From assembly GCA_963833125.1 (NCBI GenBank), contig CAWHWX010000012.1, forward strand, positions 70,403-134,402: a stretch of 64,000 bases of DNA, read 5' to 3'. A program made the translations under genes and the position numbers. The stretch is from Candidatus Bathyarchaeota archaeon. Lineage in GTDB: Archaea; Thermoproteota; Bathyarchaeia; 40CM-2-53-6. The notes below the pieces were generated by a model. That model saw nothing but the letters and a program-made list of their open reading frames with translations. It made no database searches and was not told where the DNA came from. Below are positions 45,949 through 56,817 of the stretch, one piece after another; position 1 is the first letter of the stretch, and each line of letters opens with the position of its first letter.

Positions 45949-48900
45949 TCACCCGAGGGTTTTTGGAGTTTGTCGTAAGTGCGCTTTGACACTCAAAGCA
46001 CTATTCGTAGAGTTTGAGGTAACGGGCGAGATAAGCTGACTTGAGGGTTGGTAGTTGTCCATCCAGATTTCCATGTACATGTCCGAGCCCGGCGGGACGG
46101 CAATCATAGTTGAATACGTCTGCGTATCCCTCCAAAGCCACTCCCATCCCATACGTTCCCTCTGGAACCCATACTTGGAAGGAGCCGTCGAGGCTGGATG
46201 TTGTGTAGTTTCCAGGCCTAACATCAATTATGTCTGTGAGCGTGCTGTTGTTTGGCTGAAGCGTGATTGTTGCCCAAGATAAGTAACGGGCAGCGCCGAA
46301 GTAGTCTGGCCCCATCACTGTCCCGTAAATTCGGGATGCACGATCCATGAAAGTGACTACGGAAACATTCTGTGGTGCGGTAACAATTACTCGTAAGGGT
46401 TGTAGCTGGTAGTATCCATCGACCCATATTCTAATTGTGTACGTGTGAGGCGACAGGTTCCATGGGTATAAAATCAACCCACCAGGAGTTTGGCTCGCTC
46501 CATCCGTCGTATCATAGAACCCTGACCAGATCAGCCGCGGGTCTCCGTAGTAAAGGTCGAACCCAGATAAAATAAAGTGGGCAGTGTTGGTCGGTTGACC
46601 GTTCGTTAGTTCGGTATATACGTTGCATTTGCCGCAACAAAGCGTCCTTGATCATCGAAAACCTCAATGCGCGTCGGCGTGGCGGTCAAATTGTTAATCG
46701 GTTGGGCGAAAGGTAAAGTGGAGTCGATCGAGCTGAGAAGGGCCTCATGCGTGAAAAATATAGTCAGATCGATTACTGGGTTCGCGAATCATGTAGATAG
46801 CCACGTCAGCAATAGACCCAAGCCTGACGTACACGTGGATTATCTGCTGCTGAGTATAGCCGTGGGTTTGGATTATCACCGTATAGGTGTTAGTTAGAAG
46901 CCCATCGTAAGCGAATGTTACACTTGTTGAGTTTACTGGTTGTGTCGAATTTGTCTGGTAGACGTTTCCGTATGAGTCTATGATCAACAGCTTAATTGTC
47001 GATCCAGGGTACCCCCAATTCCCACGAACGGAATTTGATACTTGAGGAATTTGATAGTTGATCGAGCGGAGAGTCAGTAGAAGGCCTCCAGCGCGGTACA
47101 ATGAGAAGCTGATTAGAGTTTCTTCTTCGCTGAGTCCGATAGTAGCTTTGACGATGTCTGTTTGGTAGTATAGATCACGGATTCCAATGTTCGCAAATCC
47201 TGCGAAAACCGGAGAGGACGTAACACGAGCCACGATGTAATATGTCCCTGGCCGGAGGCCATAATTCTGTGAGAATAGCGAGAAAGTACCGAAACCCCTA
47301 GTGTTGCTGAAACCTTGCAAGTCAACAGTTGCATTCGTACTGCCTGACGGTACGAACGTCACATTTTGTGCTCTGAGTATGCCCTCCTGATCGTATGCTG
47401 AAACAGTCAGAGTACCCCCAACAGTGACATGTCCCCCGCTATTGTTGAAGGTCGTTAGCGGTTCTGCTTCCAGTATGTTGCTTGAGTACCTGAAGTGGAC
47501 AGTTACTCGAATGCTTCCCGATCGGATGAGAGGCTAACACCGTTTCCGTGTCCGCAGTCGAATTAGCCACGTGTACCCGAACTTCGTCGACTTGGATGTA
47601 GGATGTTACGTAGGCTTGGAGCAGGTAGTCGCCCCATGTTAGGCCTGAAGTGTAATTAGCGTAGTCTTGTGGGATGCGTCCGTCGAAACCAACTTGGTCT
47701 TGAATGATAAAGTCAAATGACGTTGCGGTGGGGTCCGTAAAACTCGTTGTGCGGTAAGGGGCTGATGTGGATGCTACCAGATTGCCTGCTAGATCTAGAA
47801 GGTCGATCGTGATGGCTCTCGGTACTGTTGAAGTGCCGTTTATCCCAGCAAGTGCCCCCCAGGGGATCAAGTTTCCTTCCGGGTTCTTGGACAAAACCGT
47901 CCCACTAACAATTACGCTCTCATAGAGATACACATCCACTCCTTCCAAAGATTGAGCGGCAGCGACGCTCACAGTCCACGGTCTAACTGTTGGAAGATAC
48001 CCTGCAGCGTAAGCGGTTATGTTGTAAGTGCCCGGCGCCACTCCGAATAATGTATAATTCCCACCAGCGGTCGAATTGAGAAACGCTTGAGCTGAAACTG
48101 CTCGGCCGAGGTAATCGTAAGCCCGTCGCTAGGACGCGAGCTCCAGTCCCGTTCGGGAGGAGTTATTGGTTGTCCCGCTCTCGAAGCGTTCCGGTCGCCC
48201 GAGTCTCGCAGGACGCCGGAAATGTATGCAGGGTCCCGGCTGGCTTTGACTACGAGAGTTGGGAAATTTCCCGCTCCGATTGAGATACCGTTTATGAATG
48301 CTTTGAAGAAATACCGTCCCGCCGTCGTTGGGGACGTTACTTGAAAGAGTCTGATGTATTGCGTTCGATCGATTGGGAAAGTCTGATTTCAGGATTCACG
48401 TCGCTTGGATTATTGGTGACGGAAAGCGAAAATGCAACTTTCCACCAACTGGGTCCAATCTGATCAGAGGCTGATTGTCTTGACAATCGGATGATGTGTG
48501 GGTCGTAGTTGTTTGTGAAGCTGGTCCAGGTTTGGCTTATTGTCAACCCGGAGAAGTCAGGCGGGATGTATATGTCGAGCGTAACCGGTACCGAGATTGG
48601 TGGTGAAGGATCGGGGGCAACACTCTGGAAGTTAACGTTGCGTCAGTGGGAGCAAGCCAGCCGATAACCTGAAAGCGCTACGTTGCCATGTCGCCAGTGC
48701 AGCCTGTTGCAGTAACGCTGTATGTGCCTGGCCGAACTTTGGCGACAACGAAGGAACCGGATGTGATACGTGCCACCTACAATCGTGCAGCTGGTAGGAG
48801 GGCCACTGGAATGCCTGAAAATGAGCAGACTCGTGTCACTCAAGGAAAATCCTGAGCCCGTCACTGAAATGGTCATCCCTGGTGGTGTCCAAGGACGGAC

Positions 48901-49746
48901 TGAGCGTGATTTGTGGAGTGAGGCGGAGTGTGGAGGAGTATCTGTGATGGTGAAGAAAGCGTTAGCTTCTCCCGTATCGCCCCCGTTGGTTGTAACAGTA
49001 ATAGTAATAGGTGCCAGGGAGTGGCAGGTGGACCTGCAACAGTAAATGTGCCTGTTAGGACACCACCCGCAATTTGCAGCTAGAGGCGGATACGGGGCTA
49101 CCATTCAAGGTGCAAGAAGTATCGGGGAGTCGAATAAAATCCAACCCCAGAAACCTTACAGTCACCCCGGCCTGGCCGGAAGATGGATTCAGAATAAGTG
49201 ACGGGGGAAGGACGGTGAATGAGGCTGAAGAGTAATCGCCTCCCGCGCATGACAGCCCGTTGCAGTAACAATGTAAGAGCCAGCGGGCACATTGCCGACA
49301 TTAACGAGGCGGTCAGAATGCCGCTGTGAGATTGGAGAAAACGCACAGGTCGAGGGGCGACTGGTATGCCTGACAGCGTACAACTCGTATCCTCGGAAGA
49401 AAATCCCGATGCATCACCAGAACTCGGACTCGGAAGAGCAGGAGACCCATACTTGGGCGGAGGTGGGGTTGAGCATGAGTGGGTTTAGGGTGACGTTGAA
49501 GAGAAGGTCTCCTGTGCTATTTGTTAAGATGGCGCTGTCCGGGTAACTCAGTTTTACCGAGCCGAACGTTGGGAAGTCGTTGCCAAGTGGCAGGTCGTAC
49601 TTGCCGGGTGATACGCCGACTGTTGAGGTGTTGGTGCCGCTTGAATATGCTGGGTTGGCGGCGACCTCTACCAGAATCAGGGTCAGTAGGAGGGTTGCTG
49701 CGACGATTTGTTTGATGCTTGGTCGCCCAGCAGTGTAGCCGGACAT
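45949..49746 (-). pseudogene. very large secreted surface protein (carboxypeptidase-regulatory/Ig-like beta-sandwich repeats) broken into at least 8 frame fragments
   Basis: Signal anchor at 49746 (IVAATLLLTLILVEVAA). Fragments are 49414-49746, 49098-49383, 48643-49104, 48337-48546, 47439-48041, 46745-47362 and 45949-46477. All have the same beta-rich composition, e.g. APGTYNITAYAAGYLP...VDVYLYESVIVSGTVL. Confidence 0.6.
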
Positions 49747-49906
49747 TAGAACAGCCAGGGTGTAGCTTAGGTTTCTTCTAACTTCTTCTCTTCAGCTTGA
49801 TCCGTTTGATCTGCTTCAAGCGCTTCCTCTTCCTCAGCCTTGGGGCCTCTGAATCGAACATAGGCCAGGGCAAATAGTACGATTGCGAGAACGATGAGAA
49901 AGCCGG

Positions 49907-50206
49907 TTATGAACGATGAGAGTAGGAAGGAGTTCTCTGAGCTCGCTCCCCTGCGGCGGCTCTGAAGGATCCGCCACCCGTGAATGTTCCTCCGCCAGTA
50001 AATGTTCCACCAGTGAAGGTACGAGTGAAGGTTGGTGGAGGGGCTAGTGTATAGATTAGAAAGGCGTATGCAGTGTTGAGCAAGCCGGAGACGAGAGAAG
50101 CGATTAGCAGTCTCTTCTTTGTAATTTTTCTAGTTTGAGAGACGAGTATAGAGCCTAACGTGATTCCGGCGATTATCATTGGGATTATGATTGGGGTTGT
50201 GGGCAT
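49907..50206 (-). CDS. small membrane protein with GGTFTGGGTFTGGGSF repeat
   Basis: Two N-terminal TM helices followed by a Gly/Thr repeat. Another TM helix plus an acidic tail is readable just downstream (49760-49920) in a different frame. Confidence 0.45.
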   Translation of the reverse strand: MPTTPIIIPMIIAGITLGSILVSQTRKITKKRLLIASLVSGLLNTAYAFLIYTLAPPPTFTRTFTGGTFTGGGTFTGGGSFRAAAGERAQRTPSYSHRS

Positions 50207-50287
50207 CGCAATCTGACCATGCTACGCGGAGATTCAAACGAATTTATATAAGGCTAACTACAGGCGGTAGTCGGGAACTGGTCACCG

Positions 50288-50716
50288 TTGAAATTACAGG
50301 TTCTTCACCCAAATAACAAGGACATTCGCTTTGCCTTGGGTGATCTGGAGGCGGCGATGCTCCAAGAGCTATGGAAGTCGCCAACGGCTCTCTCTGTTAG
50401 AGAGTTTCATGAGAAGATCTCACGTAGCAGACCGCTCGCAGTCACCACCGTTGCTACGATCTTGGACCGATTGTACCGGAAAGGTGTTCTTTCACGAAAA
50501 CTTGTGAAGGAGGGTGGCCCGCATTACCTGTACTCCTCACGCCTCACAAAGGACGTGTTCAAACATGTTGTCGTGAACAACGTGATGGGAGCCCTGCTTC
50601 GCGGCTTCAACGACGTAACGGTCGCATACCTGGCTGAGAAGATGGCGGACAAACCAGAGGATCGCAGAATTATATCCAAGTACCTGAACAGGTTGAAGAG
50701 TGACGGCGGCAAATGA
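50288..50716 (+). CDS. BlaI/MecI/CopY-family wHTH repressor
   Basis: AMLQELWKSPTALSVREFHEKISRSRPLAVTTVATILDRLYRKGVLSR. Confidence 0.8.
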   Translation: MKLQVLHPNNKDIRFALGDLEAAMLQELWKSPTALSVREFHEKISRSRPLAVTTVATILDRLYRKGVLSRKLVKEGGPHYLYSSRLTKDVFKHVVVNNVMGALLRGFNDVTVAYLAEKMADKPEDRRIISKYLNRLKSDGGK

Positions 50717-51663
50717 TACCAGCTCCTGGGCTGCTGATGTTTGTCGCGTGGGTTCTGGTAGGACCACTCAGCCTCCACCATGAGTTATGGCTGCCAACGT
50801 TAGTTCTCTCGACTCTTTCATTCGCCGCTTTGGGCTTAACCATCATCGTGAGACGATCGTATAGATTTCAGTCCACAGCCCTTCTAGCAGCACTGGGGAT
50901 AATGTTCTTTGAGAGCTTGCAGACAGTTGCAAGTTGGTTGCACATCGAGCTGTTTGATCCCTCCTTCGTAAGAGGAGATGAGGTTCGACACTTTCTATCA
51001 TTCTTCTTTACGCTAAATGCTGGCTTGGCTGCAGTAGGAACGGCCGCCGCCGTGGGCGTTGCTCTATCCTTAGAACTAAGGAAGTCCCATCTTCCGCTGG
51101 CAAAGCTATTTCCGGAAATGCAATTTGAAACCGCACCACCCGAAGTTACGAAATCTGTCGAAAGGCTTTCCGAAACTATGGGCGTCGCTCCACCGAAAGT
51201 AACCCTAATCGATTCGGGAAACCCAGCCGCGTTCATCACACGTTCGAAACGGGAATACGTGTTGGCAGTTTCAGTAGGACTTCTAGAATCGTTGAGTGCC
51301 AATGAGCTGGATGCTTGTCTTGCACACGAATTGTCGCATGTTAAGAATAATGATTTTTCGGTGAGGACATTTGCGACTGCGGCGAGAGTTGCGTTATTTG
51401 CACATCCGTTAGGCCATTTGATTGAACCAGCCGTTTACAGGGCTCGAGAATTCCTCGCGGACAAGACGGCTGCAGATCTTGCTGAGCGCGGCGCACTGAT
51501 ATCTGCTCTTTCAAAGCTTAGGGAATCCCAGAATTATGTCGCGGTGCACAGGTCAATCGGAACTGCTTGCTTGTTCAATTCCGTTGGCACAAATCCCTTG
51601 TTCAGGTTATTCGATAAGCATCCAACACTCGAGAAAAGAATAAGTGCTCTTCAGGAGCAGTAG
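50713..51663 (+). CDS. BlaR1/HtpX-like M48/M56 membrane zinc metalloprotease
   Basis: N-terminal TM helices, HELSHVKNND (HExxH), and start/stop overlap with the repressor gene. Confidence 0.75.
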   Translation: MIPAPGLLMFVAWVLVGPLSLHHELWLPTLVLSTLSFAALGLTIIVRRSYRFQSTALLAALGIMFFESLQTVASWLHIELFDPSFVRGDEVRHFLSFFFTLNAGLAAVGTAAAVGVALSLELRKSHLPLAKLFPEMQFETAPPEVTKSVERLSETMGVAPPKVTLIDSGNPAAFITRSKREYVLAVSVGLLESLSANELDACLAHELSHVKNNDFSVRTFATAARVALFAHPLGHLIEPAVYRAREFLADKTAADLAERGALISALSKLRESQNYVAVHRSIGTACLFNSVGTNPLFRLFDKHPTLEKRISALQEQ

Positions 51664-51666
51664 GCC

Positions 51667-52545
51667 TTGACCTGGTCTACAGGGCGTCGAATCCTGATCA
51701 TCATGGTATTGTTGCTGCCCTTGTTTACGCAGCTGCCTGACTCCAACGCCCAGAGCGCTGCGCATCTATCGGTTTCCGTGACGGGACAAACATTGGTTGC
51801 GGGTTTGAACAATACAATGACCGTCACCGTATCTAACAACTATAGTGGATACATAGCAATCTACGACGTCGACATTTCAGTCTCTTTACCAGCACCCCTG
51901 GTCATACAAGGCGACAATCACTGGCATTATGACTCAATCCAATACGGACAGAGCGTAACAGTCACCTTCCCCATCTACGCTCCATCGTCCGCGGCTGGCA
52001 GCTCGTATCAAGGCACCGTTACGGGAACGTACAAGCAGTTAGGCGATGTTTCCTACACTCAGGAAAGCCATGTGTTGGGCGTATCGGTTACTGGATACAT
52101 CAGTTTGGTAGTTTATGGAATTCAATTTACTCCCTCTACAATTTCGTCAGGTGGCAATACGACGATCTCGGGGAATGTGCTGAATAACGGAAACCTCGCA
52201 TCCTACAACGCCAACGTCACCGTTGAATCTGACTCAATCATACCAGGCCCGCAGAACAGCGTCTTCCTAGGAGAGATTGATCCAAACATTCCAAGGCCCT
52301 TCAGCGTTCTAATTGTCTTCCAGCCGAATCTCGCGCCGGGAAACTACACGGTCACCGTCAGGGTAGCCGTCACCGACAATAACCGCCCTGGAATTCCAAT
52401 AGTGAGCGGAGCCTCTGGACAGGTTCAAGTGATAAAGCCGTCCCAAACCGGAGGGGGCCGAGGTCAGGGCCTCAGCGTAATCGGCCTAATTCTGACCTTT
52501 CTCCGCAACCTATTCAACACCTTCTTCGGCTCAAGCTTCCCGTAA
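51667..52545 (+). CDS. secreted COG1361/CARDB-like S-layer-domain protein
   Basis: Signal peptide ...DSNAQS, two beta-sandwich repeats (NNTMTVTVSNN.., GNTTISGNVLNNGN..) and a C-terminal hydrophobic segment. Confidence 0.6.
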   Translation: MTWSTGRRILIIMVLLLPLFTQLPDSNAQSAAHLSVSVTGQTLVAGLNNTMTVTVSNNYSGYIAIYDVDISVSLPAPLVIQGDNHWHYDSIQYGQSVTVTFPIYAPSSAAGSSYQGTVTGTYKQLGDVSYTQESHVLGVSVTGYISLVVYGIQFTPSTISSGGNTTISGNVLNNGNLASYNANVTVESDSIIPGPQNSVFLGEIDPNIPRPFSVLIVFQPNLAPGNYTVTVRVAVTDNNRPGIPIVSGASGQVQVIKPSQTGGGRGQGLSVIGLILTFLRNLFNTFFGSSFP

Positions 52546-52726
52546 CCATGAGATGAGCCTGGCCTCCGGCCAGTGCTTCAAGTCGAAGGTGCGTTTGAAC
52601 CGAATGTCTCGGTAAACGATGGTTATTCGTACTTCAGCGCAACAACCGGGTTCATTCTCGAAGCTCTCCATGCAGGATACAACCCTGCAACAGTCGCTAG
52701 GAGGACTGGGAATGTGAGTGCGAAGA

Positions 52727-53894
52727 TTATGAGCCCTGTTGAGAAGACGGGTTGAATACTCGGTGCTGCTGCTCCGCCTCCACCCCCCCTCCCCCAAATC
52801 TTACTCCGCCGCCTCCTAATCCTCCTAGAAACCCGCCCATTAGGAACGAAAGTGCGTAACCAAGCATTAGGCCACAGACCCCTCCTACTACTCCAGTTAG
52901 CGCGGCTTCGGACAAGAACATGCCCATGATTTGCTTCGGTCGATACCCTATAGCTTTCAGGATACCGATTTCTCTCGTGCGTTCCATAACCGAGACATAC
53001 ATTGTGTTGACTATCCCAACCGTTGCGACGAACAACGACACTGCTCCAATGCTGCCTAGAAATACCGTGAGTTGCCCTGTGATTCCTTGGATGCTGGATA
53101 GAATCTGTCCGGGGCTAATTACGCGAACATTGCTGCCGTAATATGTTGTTATTGTATTCTGAACGTTCGCGACGTCACCAGTGTTGTCAACGACAATGTA
53201 GATTCCGTTGAAGTATGGCGTCTTTGAGAGAATCGTAGCCGCTTGAAGTGAAATGTAAACCGTATCATCGATGTTCGAGAAAAGTGCTGTCCCGTATTGG
53301 GTGAGGATTGCGCTTGCAAGCACCGAGTATGCAATGGCTGATTTGGCTCCTTTAATTCCCGTAAGAGACATTGAAACCAACTGATGGAGGCCGATCGGCG
53401 TTCCTGAAGTAGGGTTCGCAATGGACCATCCGATTGCGGCGGAAGTGGTATCCCCTGAAAGAGGAATGCTGCCCTCAGCAACCGTTAGCCCGTTATACAA
53501 AACTGGCAGGGCTGAAAGATCGATTCCGACTACAGAGGCTTGAAGCGTTGCACCCCCATTCATGATGGAGGCTCCGAAGGAATAGTAAGGATAGGCCTCC
53601 GCCACACCGGGAACGCTCTTCAAGTAGGTGATGTCAGATTGGCTTAGTTGATATGTATTAGATGAGCCAGCCTCAAAGAAACCGCCCGCATTACGAATTG
53701 TGAGGATGTTCGCCCCTGTCTTCTGCGATGTTGGCAGTAATTCCCGCGCTAAGCCCACTTGAACTCGCAATCAAGGCTAAGATTATGGCGGAGCCTACCG
53801 TTATCCCGAGAATGGTTAGGACGCTGCGTATCTTTCGGTCGAGCAGCGCTTTGGCCGCCAACTTGAACATATCAGTGACTAACATTTTTCTCAA
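52727..53894 (-). CDS. MacB/FtsX-type ABC permease, interrupted by one frameshift
   Basis: The N-terminal fragment 53691-53894 (FKLAAKALLDRKIRSVLTILGITVGSA) continues in 52727-53770, which carries the C-terminal FtsX motif region. Confidence 0.8.
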
Positions 53895-54646
53895 CCCAAC
53901 GAGTAGGAATCCAGTCTTTGAAGGTATTGCTCTTTTTCGACTAGTCCGTCTCGAATAGAGATCACGTGTTGAGTTCTCTCCGCGATATCTGGATTATGGG
54001 TGACAACAAGTATGGTGGTGCCGAATTGCTTGTTTACACTGACAAACTGATCAACCACCTCACTAGTGGTCTTTGAATCCAGGTTTCCAGTCGGCTCGTC
54101 GGCTATGACGAGGGCCGGTAATGTGACTAAGGCCCTGGCTATTGCGACGCGTTGCTGTTCTCCACCGCTAAGCTCAGCGGGTCGCTTGCTCGCCTTTGAT
54201 CCAAGGCCCACTGCACTGAGCATCTTCAAAGATTTGCTCCTTCGAATCTTCTCAGGCATACCGCGAGAGATGAGAGGCATCTCGACATTCTCTACTGACG
54301 TGAGGCGTTGAATCAGGTTGAATGATTGGTATACGAATCCAAGCTTGCGGTTTCTGAGTATGGCTAGCTTATCTTCGCTTAGCTTTCGAATGTCGATTCC
54401 GTCAATGATTATCCGACCAGCCGTTGGCCGGTCGAGTGCCCCAATCAGGTTGAGAAGTGTCGATTTACCGCTGCCTGAAGGCCCCATTATGGCAACGAAC
54501 TCGCCTTTGTCAATCTTCAAGTTGATTCCTTTCAGGGCTGGGTAGTCTGTATGGCCTACTCGGTAGACTTTCGTAACGTCAATTGTTTGAACTGCTAGGT
54601 TGGTCTTTGGGCTGGTCGGCGCTGTGGGGGGAGGCATCTTATTCAT
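53891..54646 (-). CDS. ABC transporter ATP-binding protein (MacB/LolD type)
   Basis: GPSGSGKST, LSGGEQQRVAIARAL, ADEPTGNLD. Confidence 0.9.
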   Translation of the reverse strand: MNKMPPPTAPTSPKTNLAVQTIDVTKVYRVGHTDYPALKGINLKIDKGEFVAIMGPSGSGKSTLLNLIGALDRPTAGRIIIDGIDIRKLSEDKLAILRNRKLGFVYQSFNLIQRLTSVENVEMPLISRGMPEKIRRSKSLKMLSAVGLGSKASKRPAELSGGEQQRVAIARALVTLPALVIADEPTGNLDSKTTSEVVDQFVSVNKQFGTTILVVTHNPDIAERTQHVISIRDGLVEKEQYLQRLDSYSLG

Positions 54647-54715
54647 AACTACACGCCATAGTTGGTAAATTTACGTGTTATGCTCTCACACGTTGTCTTC
54701 AGAGAGTTGATGGCT

Positions 54716-54816
54716 TGGTGGGGCCGGCCGGATTTGAACCGGCGGCTTCGCGGTTGCCTCGGAGCAACTCACGCGGGCCCAAGCCGCGTATCATAACCAT
54801 GCTAGACTACGGCCCC
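54716..54816 (-). tRNA. tRNA-Pro(UGG) with canonical-position intron and encoded CCA
   Basis: The reverse complement reads GGGGCCG TA GTCT..TGAT A CGCGG CTTGGG[~23 nt]A CCGCG AAGCC GCCGG TTCAAAT CCGGC CGGCCCC A CCA. Confidence 0.85.
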
Positions 54817-54894
54817 TAACCTGCTGATAGGCCTGGGGGTTTATGTGCTTGTTGAAGCGATGCTATCAGCGAAATTGAGCAAGTCGCGTGGGCT

Positions 54895-55143
54895 ATGCCA
54901 TGGACTTCCCTTGACCTGAAACTCAATCCATGTTTCCACAAAGCTTTTTCAGTATCTTGGCAGAAACAGTTGCTCGTGTTTCGGTTGTCGGAAGATCAAG
55001 TTGAGGAAGTCGAATTGGTCATGGTTGGCCCGCCGCTTGAAGTCCTGGGGGATCTCTATGTCTGCGCTAGTTGCGGAGCCCCGCTCACCGAGATTCCGGC
55101 ATATAATCGGTTCTATTGTGAGAACTGCGGCTTACACTACTAG
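54895..55143 (+). CDS. small zinc-ribbon protein
   Basis: C-terminal CASCGAPL...YCENCG. The real start may be the internal ATG (MVGPPLEV). Confidence 0.4.
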   Translation: MPWTSLDLKLNPCFHKAFSVSWQKQLLVFRLSEDQVEEVELVMVGPPLEVLGDLYVCASCGAPLTEIPAYNRFYCENCGLHY

Positions 55144-55206
55144 GGTCTAGCCGCTCAGAAAGGTTTGTTTAACCATCGGAGATTCCAACCCTGGCGCAGC
55201 TAACAG

Positions 55207-56778
55207 TTGCGAGATAACAGAGAGCGGCAACCACGCAGCCATTGCCATATGGCGACCGCTTGCATTCTCGTTATTGCGATCACTATAGTGTGCACCGCCG
55301 TGGCTCAACACTCAGTCGCAGCAGTTGCTACCTCACCACGGTACATCGACGAGTATGACGTGCCGACTCCAAATTCTGCTCCGCTCGCTTTGACTGTGGA
55401 TCGGAATGGAATTGTTTGGTTTACTGAGTCGAATGCAACTAAACTCGGTCGGTTCGATCCGAGGACAAACTCCTTCACGGAGTATGCGGTTCCTGGGGTG
55501 GGAGATATGTGGGGAATAACTGTTGATCAGAGCGGAGCCATTTGGTTAACCCAATACTCCCTCAAAGGTTCAGTAAACCCAGGAGGAGCAATCGAACCTG
55601 GAGGAAACGGAAGACTGGTTCGGTTCAACCCGAGTGATGGAAACTTCACGGTCATCACAATTCCGACTCCCGGATCTTTCCCGTTCAGAATAATCTCAGA
55701 TGCACAAGGCCAACTGTGGTTTACGGAACTGTTAGGAAATAAGATAGGTTCGTACGATCCATTCTCTGGCAAACTTGAGGAGTATCTTGTTCCAACTCAG
55801 TTTGCCGGCCCGGCGGATCTAACATTCGACAGTCACGGTACATTATGGTTCACCGAAGCCTACAACGAATCAGTTGCAAGGTTCGACCTGCAAACGAAAA
55901 CGTTCATCGAGTACCATTTTTCCTCAATAGACCCCACACAGTACGTTGGCTCCCCGGTCGGGATCGCCGTCACACCAGGACGGAGTCGTGTGGATAGCTG
56001 ATCACGGCGGAAACTGGATTGTAGAATTCAACTCCACGTCCCAGCAAATAATCCGCTATCCAACCCACGAACCCCCACCACAAGTCTATCCAATTTCGAT
56101 ACCAAACGATTTGCTGCTAGACGGAGAGGGAAGAGTATGGTTCTGCGGAGCATGGCGGCAACAGCATAGGCTTTCTAGAACCCAGCACGCAGAAGATGGT
56201 TGAGTTCGCCATTCCAACTGGACCGATCAGCACCGCTCTATGGATCGCCTTGGCCCCCGATGGGAACGTATGGTTTACTGAATGGAGTGGAAACAAGATT
56301 GGAGTCGTCCAAGCGAACCAAACAGTTCCCTTCGCTGTAAGCGCCTCTGAAAGTCAGTTAGATCTGCAGCCCGGCGGGCAAACCAGTTTAATGTTGTCAG
56401 CGAGCGGTGTGCAGAGCTCCAGGAAACGGGACTTATGTTTACTCCTGGCCGTCATACACTCCTCAAGACGTTAACGTAACCTACTCTCCGCAAAGTGCAT
56501 CACTCATGAACCTCGCCAACAACCCAAGTCAGGCTACTATCACGGTCTCCCCACGCACGACACCTGGACAGTACGTTCTCGGGTTGGGACTCGACGCCGG
56601 TACTGTGAGAGTTTGGGCTATGGTCAAGACTGAAGTGAGCGGTAAGGCAGCAGTGACGTTCCTGCTGCCTAATACAGACTGGTTCATTATTGGCGCGGCG
56701 GTCGTAGTTGTGGTTCTGATTCTTGTAAGGCAAAAGCGACTTCAAAAATCGAGTCCGAAGACGGCTGTTCGGCCCTGA
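55207..56778 (+). pseudogene. secreted beta-propeller (Vgb/SMP-30-like WFTE repeats) with C-terminal TM anchor, split over four frames
   Basis: Repeats are GIVWFTESNATKLGRFDP, AIWLTQ, QLWFTELLGNKIGSYDP, TLWFTEAYNESVARFD, VVWIADHGGNWIVEF and NVWFTEWSGNKIGVV. Fragments are 55207-56001, 55946-56203, 56196-56474 and 56407-56778. Confidence 0.65.
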
Positions 56779-56817
56779 CGATGTTAATTTAAACCTAGAC
56801 CACAGTCCTTAGCCTGG

